From a virus (lineage: Duplodnaviria; Heunggongvirae; Uroviricota; Caudoviricetes), in IMG/VR virus record IMGVR_UViG_3300029181_000137: a stretch of DNA of 34,216 nucleotides; one strand, 5' to 3'. Of the stretch, positions 18,769 through 27,491 are shown piece by piece. The notes under the pieces are model-generated. The model had not been told where the DNA came from. It did no database searches and was given only the letters and a program-made list of their open reading frames with translations. The position numbers and the translations under genes were made by a program. Each line of letters begins with the position of its first letter. Position 1 is the first letter of the stretch.

Positions 18769-18870
18769 GTTTAAGCTGTGTGGCGAAGTAACCACTCTTA
18801 ACAGATTATGATAGTTTTTGCGTACGCGTTAGTAATTTATTATGCTCTTTACAATTGTTAGCTTAACCGC

Positions 18871-20037
18871 ATGGAATTGACCAAAAAAATGAGCAAAGCA
18901 AGCATACGCCACGTAATCGTTCATGAGCTCTTAAAAGAATCTAATAAAGACTTCGATCACTCCAAACCATACAATCTTCGTGATACAGAACTAGATAAAA
19001 CAAATGATATAGTAAAAAAATTAGTAGACGGTGTTATTGATTTGTATGGTTCAAAAGGGAACTCAGCGCATTATGGTGTTTTTATTAAAAATAAAACAAA
19101 GCAAGGCCCTATACCAGAACTATTTCATAAATACTCTTTAGTTCAACAATCTGTTTCAAGTGATTTCATTGAATTATCGAAGGAAGTTATGAAACAAATG
19201 TATAAATCTGCTCAAGAGCAGATTTGGGCTTCTGGAGGATATGTTGTTTTTACTGATTATATTTTATCTGGTTTCCGTTATCTATTGGTTACAATGATCA
19301 AAAAAACTAATGGCGTAACTATTAGTGAAAATTTAGAGCCAGAGGAAATGATTCACTTAGAACTTGGTAATATTAACCAAGCAGCAAAAATAAATTTCAG
19401 ATATTATGAAGAATACCAAAAAGCAGATGACTTAAAAAAAACAGAGTTAAGTTATCTAAGCTTTATAAGCAAAACTACGGGACAGTCAGCGGCAGCATAT
19501 TTTATAGCAGCATTAGGATGTGACAAGGGGATTGCTTCAGCAGGTGCAACCCGTAAGTTACCAGATGAAATAAGGCGTTTCTTTAAGAAAGAACCTCTTT
19601 TAAAAAATCAAGCAGAGTCATTTAGAAATGATGTTATCAAATACTTAGAAAAGCAATTTGACAACGAGCACTCTGCAAGGCTTTCTGATATCGAATCGCT
19701 TGCTTCAGGCCATATGTCCTATTTAAAAGAGGAAGAAAAAACAGAACTTGTTGATAAATTAATGAAACACCTCAATAGTGAGGAAGTCAGAATCCCATCA
19801 GAGTTCGTAATCAATAAAAACTCCTTAGATAAAATCCGCAATGTGATATATAAAACTCCATCATTGAGCTTTCACTTCGACAAGGATTTACTCGGTGTCA
19901 CAACTGATGCTAAAATATATTATGATGACGAAAACCAAAGCCTAACATTTAATAATTTGCCTGTTGAAGCATTAACTAAGATAAGAAGAGCGTTGAAAGA
20001 AACTGATAACCCGAGTAACGAAGAAGATAAAGAATGA
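18871..20037 (+). CDS. NdpA/YejK-family (NA37) nucleoid-associated-like protein, cargo gene A
   Basis: 388-aa ORF; blocks alignable by eye to E. coli YejK (GGYVVFTDY..RYLLV...ISENLE; YLSFISKTTGQSAAAYFIAALG; FHFDKDLLG); about 30-35% GC by eye; opposite strand to phage genes. Confidence 0.8.
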   Translation: MELTKKMSKASIRHVIVHELLKESNKDFDHSKPYNLRDTELDKTNDIVKKLVDGVIDLYGSKGNSAHYGVFIKNKTKQGPIPELFHKYSLVQQSVSSDFIELSKEVMKQMYKSAQEQIWASGGYVVFTDYILSGFRYLLVTMIKKTNGVTISENLEPEEMIHLELGNINQAAKINFRYYEEYQKADDLKKTELSYLSFISKTTGQSAAAYFIAALGCDKGIASAGATRKLPDEIRRFFKKEPLLKNQAESFRNDVIKYLEKQFDNEHSARLSDIESLASGHMSYLKEEEKTELVDKLMKHLNSEEVRIPSEFVINKNSLDKIRNVIYKTPSLSFHFDKDLLGVTTDAKIYYDDENQSLTFNNLPVEALTKIRRALKETDNPSNEEDKE

Positions 20038-21260
20038 ATGATTTTAGTATAATAGTTAATCTGTATAGATTATCAAGCTATCCTCATTTTGACGGGGCTA
20101 AGTTTTCTGCGCGTATAGCTTATAATGCAGACGTAAAATCATTGTTCAAAAGAATTTTGAACCCTACTTTTCAAGCTGGTACAGCTGACGAAATAGAGGT
20201 GGATGGTCATTTAATTTATGATTATGAAGACTTTCCTGAAAAGGGAAATTTTCTTACATACTCGTTTAAAATTTCACAAGGAAGTGCGAATCGTTTTTAT
20301 AAAAATAAAAACGAGTTTGTAAAAATAAACACGCTCAAGAAAGGCATAATGCCAGAGTATTTCTATATTATAGAGGATGATTTCTATTCATTAGAAACAC
20401 CAAAACCTTCTTATATCCAAAAAATTGAGGACATTTGTGAGCTAATCAATGCTCTTTCCATGCTTGCTCATTTCCATGATATAAAAAAAGATAGCAAAGG
20501 TACATTTTATCGTTTAGTCTTTATTTTAAACTCAGAGTCTAAATCTTCTTCTGCTGTAATTGAAACAAATATTACAGAAGAAATTTTTAATGATAAAACA
20601 GTAAATACTCAGTTAGTTAAAACATTAGTAAGTAGTGAAGCTACTACTGATGCCCATCATATTGAAAAGATTAACACTTTCAGAAACACAGTTATTGAGT
20701 ATGTTAATAAAAATGGAAATTCCTTTGTCGAGTTAATTAACAAGTGGGATTTCATATGCGAACTTTATACGAACAACTTAGCTGCTTATATGTCGGCATT
20801 TTCTTTTCATAAAGCAAGGAAAGAAGTTGTTGATGCTGAACTCGATTACTCAGAAAAACTGTCAAAAATAATTTCAGAAATTTCTAACAAAGCTCTTGCC
20901 ATACCTATTTCACTAGCTGGTTCAATTGCTATTTTTAAATTAACAACAAAAGCTGATTGGATTATTGCTTTAATTGGATTGATTATCACAGCAATAATAA
21001 CATCTGCAATGATTGTGTCACAAAAAAAACAACTTGCTCGTATTTCACACTCTAAAGAAATACTTTTTGGACAATTAAGATATAGAATAAAGGATGACAC
21101 CAGCGATCTTAAAGAGAGCTTAGAAGAGGCTATTAAAAAATTAAATGACAATGAGGATTTTTGTCATAAGGTGCTTGACAGTTTATTATCACTAGCATGG
21201 ATGCCTACATTCATAGGCATCATCGGTATTTTATTTAAATTAATGCCAAATATTACTTGA
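20034..21260 (+). CDS. Membrane protein with three C-terminal TM helices, cargo gene B
   Basis: 408-aa ORF, ATGA start/stop overlap with gene A; hydrophobic segments LAIPISLAGSIAIFKL, WIIALIGLIITAIITSAMIVS, LLSLAWMPTFIGIIGILFKLM; AT-rich. Confidence 0.8.
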   Translation: MNDFSIIVNLYRLSSYPHFDGAKFSARIAYNADVKSLFKRILNPTFQAGTADEIEVDGHLIYDYEDFPEKGNFLTYSFKISQGSANRFYKNKNEFVKINTLKKGIMPEYFYIIEDDFYSLETPKPSYIQKIEDICELINALSMLAHFHDIKKDSKGTFYRLVFILNSESKSSSAVIETNITEEIFNDKTVNTQLVKTLVSSEATTDAHHIEKINTFRNTVIEYVNKNGNSFVELINKWDFICELYTNNLAAYMSAFSFHKARKEVVDAELDYSEKLSKIISEISNKALAIPISLAGSIAIFKLTTKADWIIALIGLIITAIITSAMIVSQKKQLARISHSKEILFGQLRYRIKDDTSDLKESLEEAIKKLNDNEDFCHKVLDSLLSLAWMPTFIGIIGILFKLMPNIT

Positions 21261-21612
21261 GCATGTACATAACCCCATTAATGAAACCTAACGCAGTCTG
21301 CAATTGCTTCCGGATTGTTCCATCTGAGCATCTGCGTCTCTTCGCAATAGAACGCAGTGAAATACCTATAACGAAGTGAGCAATGATCAGCTCATATTCG
21401 TCTGGTTTATACTTACACAGGCGGGCAACACAGCCGTCTATCATGATGCCTTCATCATCATCACACTGAAGGCGTATTTTTTTACCATGAGGTAAAAGCC
21501 CCTTAAAGCCTGCTGCTATCGGCTGCCAGTCCACACCACTGTTATCTGCTGCAGCCCACGCTCCCCAGCGGTCTAAAACTTCATACATATCACGCATCAA
21601 CTTTCTCCACAA
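21253..21612 (-). CDS. Q: Late antiterminator Q (QuuD / Phage_antitermQ type)
   Basis: 119 aa with LDRWGAWAA...IAAGFKGL...C..C...CSDG pattern matching my memory of DLP12 QuuD. Confidence 0.8.
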   Translation of the reverse strand: MWRKLMRDMYEVLDRWGAWAAADNSGVDWQPIAAGFKGLLPHGKKIRLQCDDDEGIMIDGCVARLCKYKPDEYELIIAHFVIGISLRSIAKRRRCSDGTIRKQLQTALGFINGVMYMLK

Positions 21613-21614
21613 AA

Positions 21615-22610
21615 TCAGGCCAGCACACCAATTGCCAGCGCGCGATCGATAAAACGAAATATCAGCTCCAGCTGGGAGCCATACTTCTCTTCAAATGCCA
21701 CGGTATCCGCGTGCAGCTCGTCGTGATGCTTTCTGCACAAAGGCAACACAAAGAGATCATGCGCTTTTGTACCCATTCCACCCTGACCGTGGCCTATCAA
21801 GTGGTGGGGATCATCAGCTGGCTTTCCACAACATGCGCACGGCTGCGTCTTAACCCAGCGCGTGTACTTTTCATTAACCCAGCGGCGACGTTTGGGGCGT
21901 AACATAAAAGACTCCGGCGACTCCGGATCCACTTTCAGCACCAGCACCTTTTTCGCTTTATCCTGGATAATGCTGGTGGCAGGAACCGAAGGCACAAGGT
22001 CACTTTCCCGGGTGACAGATGGCACAACAGGCTTCGGTAATCTCAGTGCCTTACGGGCGGCACTTTCCGGTAAGGCATCCGCCAAATCATTACGAACCAG
22101 CCACCAGCACAGTTCCGGCATTGTCACAACGTGACTGTCATCAAAACCGAGATCCAGACGCACGACAGACAACACCCAGCGGGCACAGTTATCCGTTGCC
22201 ATTGATTCCAGCCGTTCCGTGAACTGATCGCGCAGCTGGTTATCGCAGTGCCAGCACAGACGAATTGCTCCCGGAGCGTGCCGCATTGTGGTCATGTTCT
22301 CGCTGTGCCAGTCGGAATGAGGCCACTGACAGTCCTTTTCACGAAGTAACCAGCTTTCAAGACATTCCACGCCACCAGCACGACGGATCACTGCCTCATT
22401 GCGGAACACGGCCCGAACGGCAGGATCATCCGCCAGCGGTTGTGATGCCGCCGGAACGGCACCACTGGCGAAAGATGAATAACGTTCCGGCTCAGGCTCC
22501 AGCAGGACACGCCCCTGCATAAACAGGGGCATCAGCTCTGAACCTGGCCTGAACAATACGATCCCCATACGCGGGGCAATTTCAGGGGTCAGTAGTGCTC
22601 TCACGGTCAC
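21615..22610 (-). CDS. DUF968-like prophage protein with C-terminal HNH-like Cys/His motif
   Basis: 331-aa ORF; C-terminus CACCGKPADDPHHLIGHG...CRKHHDELH; nin-region position upstream of Q; family from memory. Confidence 0.55.
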   Translation of the reverse strand: MTVRALLTPEIAPRMGIVLFRPGSELMPLFMQGRVLLEPEPERYSSFASGAVPAASQPLADDPAVRAVFRNEAVIRRAGGVECLESWLLREKDCQWPHSDWHSENMTTMRHAPGAIRLCWHCDNQLRDQFTERLESMATDNCARWVLSVVRLDLGFDDSHVVTMPELCWWLVRNDLADALPESAARKALRLPKPVVPSVTRESDLVPSVPATSIIQDKAKKVLVLKVDPESPESFMLRPKRRRWVNEKYTRWVKTQPCACCGKPADDPHHLIGHGQGGMGTKAHDLFVLPLCRKHHDELHADTVAFEEKYGSQLELIFRFIDRALAIGVLA

Positions 22611-22611
22611 C

Positions 22612-23442
22612 TCAATGAACGGTATCGAGCAGCTTTAACAGCTCAGGGAATCGGGATTCGAAGAAATGCGGCTGCGTCTCGCGCGGATTTGCGGGACTGG
22701 TGATGTTCTTGCCGAACATGCAGCCTTTCGCTGTCAGCGACCAGAATTTTTTGATGTTATTAATCGCGGTACGGCTGTATCGTTCACGTTGCTCAACGAT
22801 CCCCAGCTTCGCCATCTGGTGATATGCCTGATTAGCCGTCAGGCGGATACCATACTGTTTCAGCAGTGCACTCAGTGACAGTGTCGGGCGACTTGAGCCA
22901 TCGTGTGCATCAGCAGGAGCATCAATGGCATAGCGCGGTGCCAGATTAGGTAAGCCAACAGCCTCCTGGAGTTTCTGGCAGGCACCAAGCACTGATGAGT
23001 TAGACAGGTTTAACTCCCGACGCATAAAGTCCAGCAGAATCACACCAGCCTGCATCTTGTCAGCAGCCTGTCCTGATAATTTTTCCGGTGCGCTGGTTAC
23101 CATATCGAAAGTACGGATCACCTTCAGATGGAATGACGGGCTTATCCACATTGCATAGGCATACACCAGTTCTTTGCAGACATACGTCCCCTGGTTATTT
23201 CCGCCACGAATAACGTTAACTGACTCTATATTGACCGAGTTGCAAATCTGCAACTCGCTTATTAAACGTTCAGTTTGCTCATTGCGGAGCCAGAATGCAG
23301 GCTTATGCTTATCCAGAGAACCGGCAGCCCTGTGCAGATCGTTCAGGCTGTAACGCCCATAAGCATCACGACGAACTTCAATACCATCAATGACCATCAG
23401 ATTATTCATACTTCGTTTCTCCTCTTGATCAGGCGGCTGCAC
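22612..23442 (-). CDS. KilA-N domain protein (putative antirepressor-like)
   Basis: 276-aa ORF; N-terminal segment IDGIEVRRDAYGRYSLNDLHRAAG...KPAFWLRNEQTERLISEL resembles KilA-N. Confidence 0.65.
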   Translation of the reverse strand: MQPPDQEEKRSMNNLMVIDGIEVRRDAYGRYSLNDLHRAAGSLDKHKPAFWLRNEQTERLISELQICNSVNIESVNVIRGGNNQGTYVCKELVYAYAMWISPSFHLKVIRTFDMVTSAPEKLSGQAADKMQAGVILLDFMRRELNLSNSSVLGACQKLQEAVGLPNLAPRYAIDAPADAHDGSSRPTLSLSALLKQYGIRLTANQAYHQMAKLGIVEQRERYSRTAINNIKKFWSLTAKGCMFGKNITSPANPRETQPHFFESRFPELLKLLDTVH

Positions 23443-23818
23443 CCGCCGTTTTCTCGTACTTACTGATAGTGATCTCGACCTTCCCTTCCGGGATAACCGG
23501 TCCCCACTCCACCAGCATTCTTTTCACCTGGCTGTCGTCTTCCCACACACCCGCGTGGGTCAGGGCGTCAAACAGCGCCTTGTTATAGTTGTCCAGATCG
23601 CGGATCCGGTTATCCGGAGGAAACAACACGATCTCCACTGAAGCAGGTGCCGACGTTGGTTTCGGCAGACGACGTAACTGCTCAATGATGGCGGCACACG
23701 CCGCGCCCTGGAATTTGCGCCCCGCCGCGCTTATCAGGCTCTTACCTGCAAACGCCCCTTTGTTGGGGTGTCGCCAGTACGTATTCACGCTGGGCGGAAA
23801 AGGCAGAATCAGCTTCAT
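23429..23818 (-). CDS. rusA: Holliday junction resolvase RusA
   Basis: 129 aa; PPSVNTYWRH...DLDNYNKALFDALTHAGVWEDDSQV matches RusA signature with catalytic Asp residues. Confidence 0.85.
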   Translation of the reverse strand: MKLILPFPPSVNTYWRHPNKGAFAGKSLISAAGRKFQGAACAAIIEQLRRLPKPTSAPASVEIVLFPPDNRIRDLDNYNKALFDALTHAGVWEDDSQVKRMLVEWGPVIPEGKVEITISKYEKTAGAAA

Positions 23819-24141
23819 ACTTTCAGGCCCCTCTCATGTAACCAGTAGGCTGCACGCAGCCTGGCGTTTTCCTCACCGGCAAGCAGTGAGCGGATAATCC
23901 CGACCGCCTCGCTGTCGTCATCCTTCACCGCGGTATGAAGAGTTATCCCCCGGGCCACGCCACGCTTTATCGTGATGACGCCTTTTTTCTCCAGTGCGCG
24001 AAGATGCTCTACCGCTGCATTCACTGAATGGTATCCCAGCATGGTTGCCACCTCCTGATTGGTTGGCGGAAAGCCACGCTCTTTCTGATAAGAAATCAGC
24101 ATATCCAGCACCTGCTGCTGGCATTGAGTTAACGTCGTCAT
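23815..24141 (-). CDS. LexA-type DNA-binding-domain protein lacking peptidase domain
   Basis: TQCQQQVLDMLISYQKERGFPPTNQEVATMLGYHSVNAAVEHLRALEKKGVI parallels LexA N-terminal winged helix; start set at MTTLTQ, where TAATG overlaps the upstream stop; ORF track start 24174. Confidence 0.6.
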   Translation of the reverse strand: MTTLTQCQQQVLDMLISYQKERGFPPTNQEVATMLGYHSVNAAVEHLRALEKKGVITIKRGVARGITLHTAVKDDDSEAVGIIRSLLAGEENARLRAAYWLHERGLKV

Positions 24142-24635
24142 TACGCCCCCACGTAATTCCCTGACAGATACCACTCATCACTCGATACAGCGCGCTTGCT
24201 GCTTTTCCGTAAACACTGCTCACGACGCGCCAGAAAATTGTTTCGTTCTGGCTGGGAGTGGCTTTCACGGAATGCCGCCATCCACACGGTTGCAGCACGA
24301 CGGTATAAGCCCCTTGACTCCAGTTCTTCAGCCTGGCGGGTCAGGCACAAAATCACCCGGGGATCGTTAGTGCCGACATAGAAATTGCGCACAGGTCTGG
24401 TTTCACGAACTGGTTGTGGTTCCGGCTCCTGCGCTCTCTCAGTCAGGCGCGGGAAATGTCTGCGTGTATCCCCTTCACAACGGTGAGCCACACGCCCACT
24501 CTGACGTAACTTGCTTGCTGACTGCAGAACGCGCTGCCGTGAGTAACCTGCAAAAGCATCCGCAATGTCTCCGGAAGTACACCCCGGATGGGCTTCAATG
24601 AATTTCTGAACGTCATTCAAAAGACTCATAATCAC
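24141..24635 (-). CDS. PerC-like (Pch-like) regulator domain protein
   Basis: 164-aa ORF; C-terminal AEELESRGLYRRAATVWMAAF...ARREQCL resembles the PerC family pattern as I remember it. Confidence 0.5.
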   Translation of the reverse strand: MIMSLLNDVQKFIEAHPGCTSGDIADAFAGYSRQRVLQSASKLRQSGRVAHRCEGDTRRHFPRLTERAQEPEPQPVRETRPVRNFYVGTNDPRVILCLTRQAEELESRGLYRRAATVWMAAFRESHSQPERNNFLARREQCLRKSSKRAVSSDEWYLSGNYVGA

Positions 24636-25573
24636 CCCCTGAATCCTGCCGGGATCTGGCTGTAGTCCACGTTGTCGTAACTGGCTTTAAAGTACGGGTC
24701 TTCGCGTTTTTCTGTGTACGTGCTGACGGACGGTGATAAGCGCAGGGAAAGTTCATCCCATTTTTCCCGCAATTTCGATGGGCTGAGGACGTTACGGCAC
24801 CAGAACGGGTCACGACTGACGCGGCTGTACATCTCGCAGATTTGTTTGTGAGTGCGACCATCCTGAACACACATCAGGCGAATTTCGTTTGCCCAGGCTG
24901 TCCAGTTTGGTTCTTTGGGACGAACCACCTCGCCGTCACATTCGGCGGCCTGCTCGTACAGGGCAATGATTTTTTTCCAGATCCACTGTGCGCAGGTCAA
25001 ATCATCCTGCGTTCCCCACTGGCGCTTTTTAGGGCTGAATACAACCGCATCAGGATGGCGAGTTAAAAAATCCTGTTCATCCTTCTTCATGTCCGGTTGC
25101 GAAGCGTCCGGACGAGAGGTTTTTTTATCTGACGGATCATGTTTTGATTTTACTGACGGATCCCCGCCAGATTCTGACGGGTGAAAACCCGCTTTTTTGC
25201 CAGATTTCGACGCATCATATTTTGACGGGTCAGATTTTAATGCGTCAGATTTTGACGGGTCAGAATCTGACAGTTGAGAAAATGCCGCGGCCTGAAGCTT
25301 CGCAACGTTAAGCTGATAAACATTCGACGCATTGCGGTTACCCTGGCGACGCGCCTTACGCGTTAACCAGCCTTCTGCTTCCAGCCGTGCGATAGCCGTC
25401 CTGACGGTACTCATCCCCGCGCCAATCTGGCGGGCAATGGTTTCAATTGATGGCCAGCACACACCTTCGTCATTACTGAAATCAGCCAGGCGGGCCATAA
25501 TTGCCACGCTGGATAATTTCATGCCTGACGCTGCGCAACCATCCCATACATAGCCGGTTAATTTAGTGCTCAT
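24632..25573 (-). CDS. Replication initiator, lambda O-like (HTH N-domain, low-complexity linker)
   Basis: 313-aa ORF; N-terminal HTH typical of phage replication proteins; DPSK-rich linker encoded by the iteron repeats; first large gene after the cro module. Confidence 0.75.
   Translation of the reverse strand: MSTKLTGYVWDGCAASGMKLSSVAIMARLADFSNDEGVCWPSIETIARQIGAGMSTVRTAIARLEAEGWLTRKARRQGNRNASNVYQLNVAKLQAAAFSQLSDSDPSKSDALKSDPSKYDASKSGKKAGFHPSESGGDPSVKSKHDPSDKKTSRPDASQPDMKKDEQDFLTRHPDAVVFSPKKRQWGTQDDLTCAQWIWKKIIALYEQAAECDGEVVRPKEPNWTAWANEIRLMCVQDGRTHKQICEMYSRVSRDPFWCRNVLSPSKLREKWDELSLRLSPSVSTYTEKREDPYFKASYDNVDYSQIPAGFRG
25121..25270. repeat. Iteron-like direct repeats inside the O-like gene (candidate ori)
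   Basis: At least five copies of (T)CTGACGG(G) at 25128, 25153, 25174, 25221, 25251, including two identical 14-mers TTTGACGGGTCAGA 30 bp apart, plus inverted copies. Confidence 0.55.
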
Positions 25574-25582
25574 GACCGACCT

Positions 25583-25921
25583 CTATTTCCCTGAATTTAC
25601 GACGAAACTGTTCGAGCGGGCTGAAGCACTCATGCTCATAGCCTTCACGGAGGTAGATAACCCGTTGTGTTTCCGGCTCCCAACGAATGACTCTGACGGG
25701 CACTCCGTAGTGATCTTTGAACCAGCGGTTAACTTGTCGCAAAGGACTGTCTCCTTCTGCCGGTTGAAATCCCCCACAGCCCACTCTGCAAAGCTGTGGG
25801 TTACAATTTCCCTGTCACCTGGTACATTCACTGCATAGCAATACTCCACCTTCGCTTTTCCACCCGGTACAGGAAGCGCAATCAGTTGCGAGCGACGGTA
25901 GTGTGTTGTTAAACTGTTCAT
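25583..25921 (-). CDS. Hypothetical protein between cII-position gene and O (frame uncertain)
   Basis: 112-aa ORF with ATGA coupling to the upstream gene and a stop 9 nt before the O start; a competing 73-aa ORF (25563..25784) overlaps in another frame. Confidence 0.35.
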   Translation of the reverse strand: MNSLTTHYRRSQLIALPVPGGKAKVEYCYAVNVPGDREIVTHSFAEWAVGDFNRQKETVLCDKLTAGSKITTECPSESFVGSRKHNGLSTSVKAMSMSASARSNSFVVNSGK

Positions 25922-26481
25922 GCGTTAGTTTCTCCACAGTCACGACACGCCACGGCGCCCGGAGCTGCACACTCGCGGGCGTCATTACTTTCTGAAATGC
26001 AAAAAATTTTGTAGACCAGTGCTGCATGCTCCTGCAGCTTCGAAATTGAGAGGTACAGCTCGTCGTTAATTGCTGTCTTCTCATGCGGTTCCACTACACC
26101 GTCTTCAATTGCTGAACGAATCTGTTTTGAATAACTGCCGATCTGTTCAATGACCTCCAGCAGGCGCTGGTTAATATCGGCGTTGTCCACATCCTCGACG
26201 TCAGGAAGAGACACAAAGACGCCATTTGCAGACTGCGCCACAGCATCAGCAATGAAGTGAGTGCCACCAGCACGCTGTAAAACCATTGCCCATCCCAGCG
26301 GGAAAATCTGATCGCCATCTGCACGAAGGCGGTTGAATAAAGCGTTTTCTGTTACATCGAGCCAGTCAGCCGCTTCAGCGTAACCACCCGGCAACGCCGC
26401 GATAGTTTTTCTGACAGCTTTCACGTACCACTCAGGCTGTTTTTCTATTTTCCAGTGATGCTTACCCACGATTAGCCTCAT
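25918..26481 (-). CDS. Hypothetical early protein in cII position
   Basis: 187-aa ORF immediately downstream of cro; no family recognised. Confidence 0.55.
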   Translation of the reverse strand: MRLIVGKHHWKIEKQPEWYVKAVRKTIAALPGGYAEAADWLDVTENALFNRLRADGDQIFPLGWAMVLQRAGGTHFIADAVAQSANGVFVSLPDVEDVDNADINQRLLEVIEQIGSYSKQIRSAIEDGVVEPHEKTAINDELYLSISKLQEHAALVYKIFCISESNDARECAAPGAVACRDCGETNA

Positions 26482-26512
26482 CGTTCTGTGGTTAAAAATT
26501 GAAAGTGTTCTG

Positions 26513-26713
26513 CTAATCTTTCGGATAGATATCCGGTCTTAAGTCAGATTTCGTAATTGCACCTGACGTGCATTGCTCAAGTTTTTTAGCCAGCACAAAA
26601 CTGGCTTTTTTATAGCCATTGAAAACCAGCCGTAAGTAGCCAGGTGTTGAGCCAACTTTTCCGGCCAACTCGCCCTGCTGTTCTTTGGTTAAAGAGTCCC
26701 AATACACTTTCAT
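26513..26713 (-). CDS. cro: Cro-like HTH regulator
   Basis: 66-aa product from internal Met (MKVYWDSLTKEQQGELAGKVGSTPGYLRLVFNG...) with GGAGG SD; divergent from cI; the longer ORF-track version would run through the operators and into cI. Confidence 0.7.
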   Translation of the reverse strand: MKVYWDSLTKEQQGELAGKVGSTPGYLRLVFNGYKKASFVLAKKLEQCTSGAITKSDLRPDIYPKD

Positions 26714-26803
26714 ACAATATGTACCTCCGGTATACATATTACATGATTGAAATGAACCTTCAAGATACTTGTACCTTAACGGTACAAGGGTTTTAATTTT
26801 GTT
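26714..26803. promoter_or_regulatory. cI/cro intergenic region: OR-like operators and candidate pR
   Basis: Perfect 21-bp palindrome CTTGTACC-TTAAC-GGTACAAG at 26768..26788; imperfect ATATGTACC...GGTATACAT at 26717..26737; minus-strand TTGAAG-16-TAATAT (26736..26763). Confidence 0.65.
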
Positions 26804-27478
26804 ATGAAAACAATCCATGACATCCGGCGGTCTAACGCCAGAAAACTGAGAGATGGTGTTGGCGGGAATTCTTCCTTTGCCACTATGATTGATCGCGAGC
26901 CAACCCAGACCAGCAGGTTTATGGGAGATGGTGCTACTAAAAATATCGGTGACAGCATGGCACGACACATCGAAAAATGTTTCGACCTGCCTGTCGGATG
27001 GCTCGATCAAGAACACCAGACAACGAACATCACAAAAAAACCTGATGTTTCAATCACTAATAAACAAATCACATTAGTCCCTGTCATATCATGGGTACAG
27101 GCCGGAGCATGGAAAGAAGTTGGATATTCTGAGGTTGATTTGAGCACAGCAGAAACGTATCCCTGCCCTGTCCCCTGTGGGGAAATGACTTATATCTTGC
27201 GGGTGATAGGTGATTCAATGATTGATGAGTACCGCCCGGGAGACATGATTTTTGTCGATCCTGAAGTACCTGCCTGCCACGGTGACGACGTTATTGCATT
27301 GATGCACGATACAGGTGAAACCACCTTCAAAAGGTTGATAGAAGATGGGACACAGCGTTATCTCAAAGCGTTAAACCCAAACTGGCCTGAGCCTTACATT
27401 AAGATCAACGGTAATTGCTCTATAATTGGTACAGTGATTTTCTCAGGAAAACCAAGAAGATACAAAATCAAAGCCTAA
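26804..27478 (+). CDS. cI: CI-type repressor (HTH plus S24 LexA-like autopeptidase domain)
   Basis: 224 aa; C-terminal domain with GDSM motif (VIGDSMIDEYRPGDMIFVD) and downstream Lys (TFKRL); divergent from cro. Confidence 0.9.
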   Translation: MKTIHDIRRSNARKLRDGVGGNSSFATMIDREPTQTSRFMGDGATKNIGDSMARHIEKCFDLPVGWLDQEHQTTNITKKPDVSITNKQITLVPVISWVQAGAWKEVGYSEVDLSTAETYPCPVPCGEMTYILRVIGDSMIDEYRPGDMIFVDPEVPACHGDDVIALMHDTGETTFKRLIEDGTQRYLKALNPNWPEPYIKINGNCSIIGTVIFSGKPRRYKIKA

Positions 27479-27491
27479 TCAATGTTTATGA

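Noticed and set aside
26513-27016. Full-length 167-aa version of the cro ORF
   Set aside because: The upstream extension would run through the operator/promoter region and 200 bp into the cI gene on the opposite strand; the internal Met with GGAGG SD gives a 66-aa Cro-sized product.
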